From Mobula hypostoma (Eukaryota): a stretch of 64,000 bases of DNA. The position numbers were made by a program, and so were the translations under genes. The first letter of the stretch is position 1. Each line of letters begins with the position of its first letter. Below the pieces are notes generated by a model. It was not told the DNA's origin. It saw only the letters and a list, made by a program, of their open reading frames with translations, and did no database searches. The stretch spans positions 57,228,001 to 57,292,000 of the forward strand of contig NC_086097.1 in the NCBI RefSeq assembly GCF_963921235.1. Direction: 5' to 3'. Shown here piece by piece: positions 1 to 12,357 of this stretch.

Positions 1-480
1 AAGGTTGATCTTTTATGCATCATGTACTATTTCATCTCTTCAATTTTGTCATATACATTGACTAAAAATGTATTCTTCATGTTTATCTACAACATGTATT
101 CTTAAGACATTTGTTTTACCTATAGGCTTACCTCATTTTCAGTTATGAGTGTTCAGATTTTACTTTTTCCTTCGCTTAACTTTTCTTGAAAACGTTATAA
201 AATTACAATAATTTTTGATCTCTTTATAGAAATTTGTTTTTGCAGAAATTGAAAGTTATTGGTTCTTTATTTACTAGGAATAAGTAGTACAAATAATTTT
301 TTTATCTTTGCAGCATAGTGAATTGCTTTGATTTGAAGGTTTATGCTATGGGAAAGCAAATGCTATTCAAAGCAAAGCCAGATGATTTCATTGTGCGTAG
401 TTTGTCGTACAAATTAAACACACTCAGCTTCCAGGCAATTTGTGCATTAAACATAGCTTTTTTAATTTTTTGTATGTAAA
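1..480 (+). pseudogene. TAS2R-like 7TM receptor pseudogene, copy A (3' half only; 5' part would lie upstream of the window)
   Basis: One frame (+2) reads LISL*K (215-232), Y*E*VVQIIFLSL (272-310) and GN (434-439). These are collinear with copy B motifs MLSL*K, HQDA*QIFILGL and GN. SFSV (133-144) matches copy B SFPV. Confidence 0.35.
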
Positions 481-677
481 TGAAATTATTCTTTTCATTC
501 TTTTGGGAAGGCTTGTGTGTTTAGGCATTTAATATTACAGGAAATGAATCTATTTAAGTATCCTTTTATCGTGGGAACCTACATTCAAACCCAACCATAC
601 TGATGAAGAAATAAAACCAGAAAGTGATGGAAACACTCGCCGGTCAAGCAACATTTATGGAGAGCAAAACATACTTT

Positions 678-845
678 AGAACATAGCACATAGAACAGTA
701 CATCACAGCAAAAGCCCCTTAGCCCACGATGTTCTGTTGACCTTGTAACCTACTCCAAGATCAACCTAACCTTTCCTTCCCACAAAGCCCTCCATTTTTA
801 TTTCATTCATGTGCCCATCTAGGAGTCTCTTAAATATCCCTAATG
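678..845 (-). mobile_element. CR1 LINE 3' terminal fragment
   Basis: (AGAACAT)-type tail followed by ccttagcccacgatgttctg is the reverse complement of the CR1 3' end seen at about 11830-11890. Confidence 0.5.
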
Positions 846-1530
846 TGTAAAGTGAAGGACAAGTTAGTTGCAGTGAGGTTGGTGGAGGGATGAATAAAAC
901 ACAGAAAATATTCTAATATGGTAAGGCCAGGGATACCATGGTGAGAAACTGGTTGATAGATTAATAAAGACAGATAGAGATGGAGTACAGAAACAAAGAG
1001 GCATGTAAAAGCTACAAAATACAGGGCTGAGAAAATGCCCACTAGGTCAGGTTGTGTTGATGAAGGGAGAAATCTTAGATCGATGATCTACAGCAGTCCT
1101 GCTCACTTTCTGTACAGAACTGCCTAATGTTGCTCAATTCAGTACTGAGACAAGGTGCAACTTGGGTCTTGTTATAATAGTGCTGGAGGCCACAGATGAA
1201 GAATTGAACTGACAAATGATGACGAAATTAGAAAAAAAAACAAATTCAATTCCTGTACACAGTCTGCGGTTAAGCTGGGATGTGCAACATTAAAACTGCC
1301 CATTATTCAACATTAATACATCCATGCTAACAAGAACACCTACGATTGGAAGTAGAAATTTCCACTGATACTGAGTACTCTTATGCTGGGGTTAATGCAT
1401 ATTGTTGTAGCTGAGCAAAGGTGATTTTTAAAAATACATTTAATCCCTACTATAATATAAAAGTGGACACAATGTTATTCTTTAGTATTGAAAACAACAA
1501 ACATGTTCAACTCCGGGATCGTGAATATTC

Positions 1531-2400
1531 ATGGCTGCACTCAAAATCACGCCAGGCATTGGAAGTTTATTGATAATAGTATGTTGCCTCACTCCCTAGA
1601 TTTATCTCAGTAGTTTTAGTGTAATGTGTATTATATATTTTAGGAGTACTCAAGTTGATTATGGCAGCTTAGAGTCATTGTGTGCAAAGAACCATAGAGT
1701 GTGGTGCATATATAAATGTATATTTAATATTTACTTTGTATAAAATCCAGTGTGCGAGTATGAAATAGCTTGTACCAGCATCAACATTCTGACTCACTGG
1801 ATCTTTGTTCTATTTTTATTCAGCTATCTAACATCAAAATTCATTTAGGGAGGGCATTAAACTCAAATTCTTTCTGATAATGGCTGATCATTTAGATCGC
1901 AAAATTTTAACGATCCATATAGCTAATGTGTCCAACAACACTCTCCTGGAGCTGCTGTCATTCCCAGTTTTTCTGCTATTGCTGTTGTTAACATACACTA
2001 TACAGTTTTGTCATACTGTACTCCCGTAGAACCATACTCATTATCATGTTATCATTATGAAAGCACCTCAAGTAATTGCTCATCTAGCACTTTTCCACTC
2101 ACCAGGATGCATGACAGATTTTTATCCTGGGTCTTTTTGTGCTCCTCACCGGTACGGAGGGAGATACTATCTGTATGTTTCTCACCCTCCTCTCCCTTAT
2201 GCAGGATTGTTGTTTTATGATCTTGCCCCTCACTGTTGGATGCGTTTAAGTCTTTCAAGTGCACTGGAATGTGACCATCAAATTCCAAGGCAACCTGTTG
2301 GGGTTTAATTGAATAATACAGAGCCATAGCATTCTTGATCAATATGGAGTGCTCAGCTGCTCACTCGCATGATCTCTTTTATTTTCATCATCAACAATAT
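1531..2400 (+). pseudogene. TAS2R-like 7TM receptor pseudogene, copy B
   Basis: ATG at 1531 followed by a hydrophobic segment. TM3-like STF*LTGSLFYFY (1781-1819; cf. TAS2R WLxxxLxxFY). Sequons NVSNNT (1925-1942). Hydrophobic FPVFLLLLLLTY. TM5/ICL3 ILIIMLSL*KHLK (2034-2072; cf. LLIxSLxKHLK). TM6 HQDA*QIFILGLFVLL (2100-2147; cf. HxxA). TM7-like H...GN (2262-2294) in the same frame as TM5-TM6. Many stops and frameshifts. Confidence 0.55.
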
Positions 2401-2593
2401 TTGCAGAATACTTTCTCATCCTGTAGGGAATGTTTGAATCCAAAATAAAACATTATCTCTGGGAAATTTTTTTTTGATATATAGATCTGAGTACTAACTT
2501 GCTGGTTATATTAAATAAAGTAGAAAATCTCTGATTAAGTGTAAGAGTTCAATACTGATGTACTGTATCAGGCTGAAAACCTCTTGGACAGTG

Positions 2594-3429
2594 ATGTATC
2601 ACTGGCATATGATCTTTCTTAATTCTGTGAGAATTTTAAATATTCATCTTTCATGATATCAGCTTTAATACATTTGCTTTATTCAGCAGCTTAGAGAATT
2701 ATTGTCTACAAAAAGCAAGAGTAGAAAAATTCTAGTATGGCTAATATTTTGTGTAAAGTCCAGAGTCTGAGTATGAAATAGATTGTATTAGATTCAACAT
2801 TCTGACTCATTGGATGTCTACTATTTTTATTCAGCTACCCAATAATCAAAATTTACATTGTGGCAAGAATATTGGTGTGCAGTTAAGCATAAAGTTGGAA
2901 TTTACCGTAGTCCTGTAAAAGGTTCACTCTTATAGACCTTGCTGAGAGATTCCAGATTCAAACATATGAAGGGGTGAAGTTGCCTAATTGGGCACTAAAC
3001 ATACAAACATATGTTACATTATATCCATTTAAATTAAGGTAAATTTTAAGATGTCATATTATTAATGCCAATTAACACCTGTGATATTGAAGGTCCAAGT
3101 CTCATTCCCACTGACTGCCAAATCATTGTTCATTTTTGATTTTACTCAACCATTTTAATTTATCTTTATGCATATATTGGGCCAAAGCAACCCCACATCC
3201 ATCCCTTGCAGTATTTAAATTTATGATTGACATGTTTTTATTGCTTCATGGTCTAACCACCTTTCACTGAAACTTTCCCCAGCCCCAACGTCATGAGTTC
3301 GTCTGAATGCAAAACAGAGAGACAACTATAGGAAGAGTTGTTTTTTTTTTTAAATGCTCTTCATCCTTGAGCAACTACCCAGTGAATGAATTAACTGCTG
3401 TAATGCTGTGGTATGCTTTGGCCATGTGA
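2594..3429 (+). pseudogene. TAS2R-like 7TM receptor pseudogene, copy C
   Basis: TM2-like SKSRKILVWLIF (2714-2749; cf. SR motif). TM3 STF*LIGCL-fs-YFY (2794-2830). KHKV..LP*..GSLL (2885-2932; cf. KxKI..PWLLLGSLL). STILI-fs-LSLC (3146-3171). HP-fs-AVFKFMIDMFLLLHG (3200-3252). MLFI-fs-LSN (3354-3375). Obvious nucleotide similarity to copy B at 2685-2860 vs 1663-1848. Confidence 0.5.
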
Positions 3430-4009
3430 GTGTAAGGTGTTCAAGGAGAAAATCAATTCCATTTCAGTGTGTTGGATTTACTTAAGTTCATTTTGAACTA
3501 TGAGATCTCCTTTCTCTATCTGGTATTCTCTAATATTTCCATCAATAAAATATGATGCATAATAGTCTTAGGCACATATATCTATATCTAGGGACTTTTG
3601 CACAATACTATATTTGTCAATGTGGAGTGGAGAGTGGGAGCAAAGGACGTTGGGAATGGCAAGGGTGGAGCATGCGGGAAGGGTGCAGGACAGGTGACAG
3701 AGAATGTACCAGGAGTTTGTGGGGGGGGGGTGTTGGGGGTGGGGAATGGCATGGTACAGGCACACCCAGCCTGGAGACACTGGGTAAGGTCATTTGATAC
3801 CAAACAATAGTTTATTCATCATTACAGAATGTCTCTCTGGTGCTTCCCCTCTCCCTTCCCCTTTTTCCAACCATGATTTCCCTTCCTGCTGGCCACAACA
3901 GAGACCCATATCAGAATCAAGATCATCATCACTCACGTGTCACAATTTATTTATTTTTTTCTTTTTTCTTTTTTTATTTTTTTAAACACATGCACACTTT
4001 AATTTGGCT

Positions 4010-5518
4010 TTTGACGACCCTGATCCACAGAAAAGACTCTTTCATGTCAAAATGCAAACAAATTTCTACAAGTGGGTCTAAATTTATTACAATTATTAAA
4101 CACAAAATAACTGATTGCATAATTACTCACCCCTTTCAAGTCAGTATCTAGTAGATGCACCTTTGGCAGCAATTACTGCCTTGAGTCTGAGTGGATTGGT
4201 CTCAACGGCTTTGCACATCTGGACACTGATATTTCCACATTCTTCTTTACAAAACTGCTCAAGCTCTGTCATATCGTATGGGGATTGTGTATGAACATCC
4301 CTTTTCAAGTCACACCACAAATTCTCAGTTGTATTGAGGTCTGGACTCTGACTTGGCCACTCTAGGACATTAACTTTGTTGTTTTTAAGCCATTCCTGTG
4401 CAGCTTTAGCTTTATGCTTGAGGTCATTGTCTTGCTGGAAAGCAAATCTTCCACCTAGTCACAGTTCTCTTGTAGACTGAATTAGATTTTCCTCCAGGTT
4501 TCCCTGTATTTTGCTGTGTTCATTTTATCTTCTACATTCACAAGCCTTCCAGGGCCTGCTGCAGTGAAGCATCCTCACAGCATGATGTAGCCACCACTAT
4601 GCTTCATGATAGGGATTGTGTATTTTTGATTTACAGTGTTTGGCTTATGCCAAACATAGCATTTAGCCTGATGGCCAAAAAACTCAATTTTGGTTTCATC
4701 AGACCATAGAACCTTCTTCCAGCTGACTTCAGAGTTTCCCATATGCCCTCTGGTGGGCTCTAGCCGAGATTTCATGAGTTTCTTTTCCCCCCAACAGTGG
4801 CTTTCTCTTTTCCACTCTCTCATAAAGCCACAGTTGTATGCACAGTATCTCCCATCTCAGCCACTGAAGCTTGTAACTCCTTTAGAGTCAGCATAGGTCT
4901 CTTGGTGGCCTCCCTCGCTAGTCCTCTTCTTGCACAGTCAGTCAGATTTTGAGGATAGCCTGCTCTAGGCAGATTTATATTTCCATTTCTTGATGAATGA
5001 CTTGACCATCAGTAAGGGATATTCAGTGACTTGGAAGTTTTCGTGCTTCTATCTCCTGACTTGTGCATTTCAGTAACCTTTTTGCAGAACAGCTTGGATT
5101 GTTCTTTTTTTCTTCTTCATGGTGTAGTTTTTGCTAGAATACTGACTCACCAACAGTTGGACCCACCAGATTCAGGTGTATTTTTACTACAATCAATTGA
5201 AACACCTTTACTGCACATAGGTGATCTCCATTTAACTAATAATGTAACTTCTAAAACCAATTGGCTGCACCAGTGATGATTTGGTGTGTCACGTTAAAGG
5301 GGAGGGGGGTTGAATACTTACGCAATCAATTATTTTGTGTTTTATATTTGTAATTAATTTAGATCACTTTGTAGAGATCTGTTTTCACTTTGACCTGAAA
5401 GTCTTTTCCTGTTGACCAGTGTCAAAAAATGCAAAGTTAAATCCATTATGATTCAATGTTGTAAAATAATAAACCATGAAAACCTCCGGGGGGGGGTTGA
5501 ATACTTTTATAGGTACTG
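4010..5518 (-). mobile_element. Tc1-like DNA transposon (IR-DR type), decayed transposase, left end truncated
   Basis: ORF 4575-4823 WKKVLWSDETKIEFFGH...KHSGG, plus FQQDND and WPSQSPDLN motifs at about 4320-4440 (-). The terminus CAGTACCTATAAAAGTATTCA ends at 5518, followed by TA. Inner direct repeats lie near 5305-5325 and 4116-4133. Confidence 0.9.
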
Positions 5519-7337
5519 TATATATGTATTCCTAAGACTTTTGAATAGTAATATATCCCTGCAAAGTAATGTACAAAAATATTTATTTGTCAATTGCCCA
5601 GGAGAAGAAAATTACATACCTTGGAACAGAAAATCCTCTAACTTTGTGGATTGATAGACAGTATATATCTGTATAACTATTCATATTCTCTGTAATGTCC
5701 TTTGCAATGTGGATGGCATATTAATGTTAGAAACACTACAACTTTAAGGAGGTTGGCACTAACTTGAATACCTTTTGTAAGGAAGAATTACTTGTACAAA
5801 TTGTTTATACCAAAAGTAGTGTAGCATTGAGTGAGGAGAGGGCTGATTTGACTTAATATCTTCTGAGACCAGTGAAAAGCTATTGGTATTGCTACTTGTC
5901 ATTCTAATTGATTGTACTTTTTTTTGTCTCTGAGCCAATGGATAATTGCTGTTACATTAAATAGACAAATTCTAGATGGATACAGAGTACAGAAATTTAT
6001 CCATATTCACAGGAGTTTGTTTTAATTCGCTACAATAGGTGTGCCCATCATATATTGAAGATTCAAGAAGATTCTACATTTATTATCAAAGTATATATGG
6101 AGTATACATTTTGAGATTCCCCACAAAATGCTGAGTAAAAATAAAGTGATTTCTCTACTTCGTTAAGAACTGTGAAGAATTTGCATGTATTACCAATCAT
6201 CTTGAATATTACAATGAAATTTAAAATTTGAAGGATGCAATCAATGTATGAAGGCAGTCCATTGTCTGCACTAGTTGTCTGCACTAATTCAGTTAATTTA
6301 CAATCTTTCAAAAGAACATGGCTGCATGTTGGTTGTTTGTCGGATCTGACATGACAGTGAAAACTGTGTGGGAGAGATTTTAAAAGTAGAAAAACCTTTG
6401 CACTCGGACAAAACCTTTCCACTCTCTTCACCTCGGAGCTCCGGGTTGTGTGATGCAAGTAGTTGTCTTCCTTGGTTGCAGTGGATTACCATGACTTCTC
6501 TGTGCCTTATCATGGCTTTCACTCTCCACGAGGTGTTGCAGAATCGCCTTTTTGGCTGTTGGATCTATTGATCTCATCTACCCATTGTACACTGAGCTGA
6601 CTTCACATACTAGGACAGGCATGTACCCCTGTACTAGGTACTCCTATTTCACTGGGGTACCCTCACCTGGTTTAGCCTGCCTGTCAAAGCAGTGTAGCAG
6701 GGTGTGGCCACTGTCGCATGCAAACAGCTACTTAGAGTCACAGGTGAGTAGTGAGTGTCTGGTGGAGACCAAAGGTGAGTAAGCTGCCCCAGAATGGACA
6801 CAACAAGCCCCTTCACCAGAGTTGCTACCCCTCCCTGGACACCCCAGACATGGCAGTGTACAATGGATTAATTTCTCCGTCGATAACTATTAGAAATTCA
6901 TGCATGTTTTTATATTACAGTAGTAGCATTGGTAGTGTTCTCATTTGTTCTGTATTTCATTTAAGTACATAATTTGTGACTTGATGTGTCCCAGTGAACT
7001 AAAATCCATAGTATATTCCTTCTACATGAATAGTGACCATGCAGCTACATTTACCAACTTGTAGCTATTTTGATTTAGTGACTTAAAAGGAATCTGCAAA
7101 CACATAGATTTTAGTAATGATTATCATAGATTGTGGAGTATACAACAGAGAGCACCACTGGGCTCCATATAATGGAGTATAGCATTGGCCTCTGTACACT
7201 CTCTACGTAATCAGTCTATGGGAATTGTGCGTGACCAGGCCAGACTAATATTTAATACTCCATCTTTTATCGTTCTTTAACTATTGTCAGTTGTTTAATT
7301 ATTTGATTGTGAAACTGTCCCTTTAAATATGTAGAGT

Positions 7338-7432
7338 AACACGTACAAAATGCTGGAGGAGCTCAGCAGATCAGGCAACATCCATGGAAAGGAACAAACA
7401 GTTAACGTTTTGGACTGAGACCCTTCATCAGA
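7338..7432 (-). mobile_element. Short Penelope-derived element with degenerate hammerhead motif
   Basis: The minus strand reads ctgatgaagggtctcagtccaaaacgttaact, similar to 16123-16215. Confidence 0.7.
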
Positions 7433-8337
7433 TCCTTATATATGTACCCTTTAAACATGTTATTGATTTATGCCCTCTTCCTCTTGGATATTTTTGCATA
7501 AAAATTTGTAGAATGTCACAGACCAAAACACTTGGCTGCTGTATTGGTTGCTGTGACGGAACTGTGCTGTGATTTTAATTTTCAATTTCAACTGTAAAGT
7601 TTTCAGAAACAGTAGAAATTAATTTATTTGGTGAAGTAGATAGCAGGTAATTGAATCATAGAGTTATACAGACTGAAGCAAGCTATTTGGCCCATCTGGT
7701 CGAAGCCAATCAAGATACCCCATCCTAGCTAGTCCTATTTGCCAGCATTTGGTCCACAACCATCTAAATCTTTCTTTTTCAATATTTTTATTGATTTCTG
7801 TATAGAAGAATACAGAGATCAAGAGAATACGTATTATAAAACAAAAGACAAAATATAATAATACCAGATACAGTATATTGAATTACATTAACGAACTCCT
7901 TACTCTATATTCATAAGGATTAGATTAATTCGTATATTAGAATATAAACAATTTTTCTTAATAAAATCTAAATCTTTCCAATCAATGTATTTGTCCAGCT
8001 GGCTCAACCATTCCTCTGATAGTTGTTCCACATAGATACTGCCCATCCTGTAATATAAAAAAATTGTCCCTCTCACCCTGATGCCTGCTAGTTCTTGATT
8101 CCCCAGTTCTGGGAAAAAGACAGAGCACATTTACCCTATCTGTGCCCCTTATGATTTTATATACTGTACCTTAATAAGATCACCTCTGTAAGAGTTTTGG
8201 AGTTGGGACATTATATTGCAATTGTATCAGTCACTGTTGTGGTCTCACTCGGACTACTGTGCACAGTTTTAGTCACCCTGTTCTTGGAAGGATGTGATTA
8301 AACAGAAAAGAATGCAAAAAGATTTACTAAAATTGCA

Positions 8338-10525
8338 GGGGATTGGAAACCAGAGTGCCAGAACAGAGGTTGTGAGGCTGTAAGAATCCACAAAGTTAGG
8401 AATCAAAAGGTTGAGCATGGTGCAACTAATGTCTGGAGCTGCATATATTTCAATCGTAGGGAAGGCAGATGAGCTCAGGGCATGGATCAACACCTGGAAG
8501 TATGATATTGTAGCCATCAGCGAGATTTGGTTGAAGGAGGAGCAGGAGTGGCAGATCAATATTCTGGGCTTCTGTTGCTTTAGAGTGGGAGGGATTAAAC
8601 GAGGATGGATGGCGTTACTAGTCAGGGAAATTGTCACAGCAGTGCTCTGTCAGGGCAGACTGGAGAACTCGTCTAGTGAGGCATCGTGGGTGGAACTGAG
8701 AAATAAGAAAGGTATGACTACAATAATGGGGCTCTATTACAGACCACCCATCAGTCCAAGGGATTTAGAGGATTTACGTGAGGCTGACATCAGTAGTGGG
8801 AAAGTTATTGGAAGATAGTCTAAGGAACCGGATAAATAAGTATTTGGATAGACATGGACTGGCTAATAGACATAGAGGTTGGTTAAGAAGGTTCAGTCGC
8901 TCGTCTTCAAGATGAGGTAGTAAATTGGATTAGACTTTCACCTTGTGTGAGAGGCCAGAGGAAGGTAGTAGAGGGTTTCTTCTCTGACTGAAGGCCTGTG
9001 ACTAGTGGAGTGCTGCAGGGATTGGTGCTGCTCTGTTGTTGTTTGTCATCTGTGTCAATGATCTGGATGATAATGTGGTTAACTGGATCAGCAAATATGC
9101 AGATGACTCAAGATTGGGGGTGTAGTGGGCAGTGAGGAAAACTTTTGTGGATTGCGGTAGGATCTGGATTGGCTGGAGAAATGGACTGAAAAATGGCAGG
9201 ATGGAATTTAATACAGTCAAGTGTGAAGTGTTGCACTTCGGTAGGACCAACCAGGGTAGGTCATATACAGTCAATTCTAGGGCACTGAGGAGTGTGGTAG
9301 AACAAAGGGATCTGGGAAAACAGGTACATAATTAATTGAAAGTGGCATCACAGGTAGATAGGGTCGTAAAGAAAGCTTTTGGCACATCGGCCTTTGTAAA
9401 TCAAAGTATTCTGTTCAGGAGGTGGGATGTTATGTTGAAGTTGTGTGTTGATTGTTTTTAGAAGATTGTGTGCAGTTTTGGTCAACTACCTACAGGAAAG
9501 ATGTAAATAAGGTTGAAAGAGTGCAGAGGAAATTTACAAGAATGTTGCCCAGTCCGGAGGATGTGAGCGATAAGTAAAGACTGAATATGTTAGGACTTTA
9601 TTCCTTGGGATATAGAACTTTGAGAGGAGATTTGATAGTGGTATACAAAATTATGAGGGTATAGGTAGGATAAATGCAAGCAGGCTGTTCCACTAAGGTT
9701 AGGTGGGACCACAACTAGAGGTCATGGGAAAGGTGAAAAGTTTAAGGGGACCATGAGAAGAAACTTCTTCAATTAGAGGATCGTGAGAGTGTGGAACAAG
9801 CAAACTTAATTTCAATGTAGGTACATGGTACCCGTGTACCACAGACATCCCACCCTGCAAAAATGCATTTCAGGGAGGTAGCACCATCAATTTGCTGGAG
9901 ACTCCCGGAACTTCCGGGGAGGTGGGATGTCTGCAATAGAGTAGCTGCTTAGTAGCTAGTCAGTCTAATGAACGAATGACACCTATTAAACTCACCTCAA
10001 CATGTCTTTTACAGTCTTAACCCACCATGGGCAATAGAAAAGTCACTGTTGCAAACAGCGCAGCGAGCAACACTGTCATTATTTTGACCCCTATTAGGCA
10101 GGGGTACACTTTAGTGTAGTCTGGAGTGATGTACATTTTATATTTTCTTTTTTTGTAACACTCTGCCATGGTGTGCTCTCTCTCTCTCGTGGTCGCTCTC
10201 GCTTGCTTTCTCTCTTGCTGTCTCGCTCGCGCGCTCTCGCTTGCTTGTTCTCGCTCTCTCTTGCACGGGCTCTCTCTCGTGGTTGCTCTCGCGCTCTCAA
10301 AAAGGTTGATTTCCGGGACATTGTATATAATTTGCTGGCATCAGGGAGCCACTATTAATATGCGGGAGACTCCCAGAACTTCTGGGAGAGGTGGGATGCC
10401 TGGTACCACGTAGGTACATGGAGGGCTAAGTGCAGGCTGATGGGAGTAGGTGGTTTAAATGGTTTGGCATGGAGTAGATGGGCTGAAAGACCTGTTTCTG
10501 TGTTGTACTTTTCTATGACTCTATG
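8338..10525 (+). mobile_element. CR1 LINE, internally deleted and decayed
   Basis: APE endonuclease-like ORF 8411-8818 (YDIVAISEIWL...GLYYRPP), RT C-terminal remnants (MEFNTVKCEVLHFGRTN) and a ttctatgactctatga tail at about 10510-10526. Confidence 0.9.
9842..10402. mobile_element. Non-autonomous DNA element (MITE) nested in CR1
   Basis: TIRs CAGACATCCCACC (9842-9854) and GGTGGGATGCCTG (10390-10402), an internal extra end copy at about 9897-9933, and a CT/CG microsatellite at 10176-10300. Confidence 0.65.
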
Positions 10526-10724
10526 AGGATGTTTCCAGTGCTAGAGTGCCTGAGTTATAGTGAGAGGAGAGCCAGGCTAGGTCTTTAATCTTTGGAGCAT
10601 TGGACAAGATATTATAACCTTCCATAAGGTGACCTTAATAGAAGTTTGTAAAATCATGAGAGCACAGATGAGATGGATGGTAGCAGTCTTCCTGCAGGGT
10701 AGGGGAACCCAAAACTATGGGACA

Positions 10725-12357
10725 TACACTCAGTGGATACTTTATTAGGTACTGTACCTCCTGTACTGAAGTGTATGTTCATGGTCACGGTAGGCTTATT
10801 CAGAAAATCAGAAGGCATGGGATCCAGGGATGTTTGGCCAGTGGATTCAGAATTGGCTGGCCTGCAGAAGGCAGAGGGTCGTGGTGGAGGGAATACATTC
10901 AGATTGGAGGGTTGTGACTAGTGGTGTCCCACAAGGATCGGTTCTGGGACCTCTATTCATGATTTTTATTAACGACCTGGATGTGGGGGTAGAAGGGTGG
11001 GTTGGCAAGTTTGCAGACGACAGAAAGGTTGGTGGTGTTGTAGATAGTGTAGAGGATTGTCAAAGATTGCAGAGAAACATTGATAGGATGCAGAACTGGG
11101 CTGAGAAGTGGCAAATGGAGTTCAACCCGGAGAAGTGTGAGGTGGTACACTTTGGAAGGACAAACTCCAAGGCAGAGTACAAAGTAAATGGCAGGATACT
11201 TGGTAGTGTGGAGGAGCAGAGGGATCTCGGGGTACATGTCCACAGATCCCTGAAAGTTGCCTCACAGGTGGATAGGGTAGTTAAGAAAGCTTATGGAGTG
11301 TTAGCTTTCATAAGTCGAGGGATAGAGTTTAAGAGTCACGATGTAATGATGCAGCTCTGTAAAACTCTGGTTAGGCCACACTTGGAGTACTGTGTCCCGC
11401 TCTGGTCGCCTCGCTAGAGAAAGGATGTGGAAGCATTGGAAAGGGTACAGAGGAGATTTACCAGGATGCTGCCTGGCTTAGAGTGTATGCATTATGATCA
11501 GAGATTAAGAGAGCTAGGACTTTACTCTTTGGAGAGAAGGAGGATGAGAGGAGACATGATAGAGGTACACAAGATATTAAGAGGAATAGATAAGACTGGA
11601 TAGCTAGCGCCTCTTCCCCAGGGCACCACTGCTCAATACAAGAGGACATGGCTTTAAGGTAAGGGGTGGGAAGTTCAAGGGGGATATTAGAGGAAGGTTG
11701 TTTTACTCAGAGAGTTGGTGCATGGAATGCAGTGCCCGAGTCAGATACACTAATGAAATTTAAGAGACTGCTAGACAGGTATATGGAGGAATTTAAGGTG
11801 GGGGATTATATGGGAGGTAGGGTTTGAGGGTTGGCACAACATTGTGGGCCAAAGGGCCTGTACTGTGCTGTACTATTCTATGTTCTATGTCTTCTGTTGC
11901 TGTAGCCCATCCACTTCAATAGCTGACATGTTGTGCATTCAGAAATACTGTTCTACACACCACATTGTAACGTGGTTATTTGAATTACTGTTGGCTTTCT
12001 GTTAGCTTGAACTGGTCTTGCCATTCTCCTCTGTCCTCTCTCATTAACAAGGTGTTTTCACCCACAGAAATGCCACTCACTGGATGCTTTTTTGTTTTAT
12101 TACACAATTCTCTGTAAACGCTAGTGATTGTTTTGCATAAAATTCCCAAGAGATCAGCAGTTTTTGAGATACTCAAACTGTCCCATCTGCACAAATAATT
12201 ATTTAACCTCGGGTTACTTCGATCACATTTTTCCATATTCTGATGTGTGGTCTGAAGAACAACTGACTATGTCTGCATTTTGTGCATTGAGTTGCTGCCA
12301 CATGATTGGCTGATTAGATATTTGCATGAATGAGCAGGTGTTCCTAATAAAATGGCA
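10725..12357. mobile_element. Non-autonomous Tc1-type element split by a CR1 insertion
   Basis: Ends tacactcagtggatactttattaggtac (about 10725-10752) and gttcctaataaaatggc (about 12340-12356) are inverted-similar. The minus-strand remnant at 11985-12236 resembles a Tc1 HTH. Confidence 0.6.
10787..11890 (+). mobile_element. CR1 LINE, 5'-truncated, relatively young
   Basis: RT ORF 10830-11417 (VTSGVPQGSVLGP, KFADD, LVRPHLEYC) and a (ttctatg)n tail. Confidence 0.95.

Noticed and set aside
2055..2342. 95-aa minus-strand ORF downstream of an acceptor-like ttccctacag at about 2421-2430
   Set aside because: No recognisable domain, and all frames after the acceptor hit stops. It is best explained as the antisense shadow of the hydrophobic plus-strand pseudogene.
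2350..2398. CSAAHS-fs-MISFIFIINN as TM7 of receptor copy B
   Set aside because: It lies too far from TM6 and needs frameshifts. The in-frame H...GN at 2262-2294 fits the spacing better.
10094..10413. RE/RA-rich ORFs
   Set aside because: They are translations of a CT/CG microsatellite inside a MITE.
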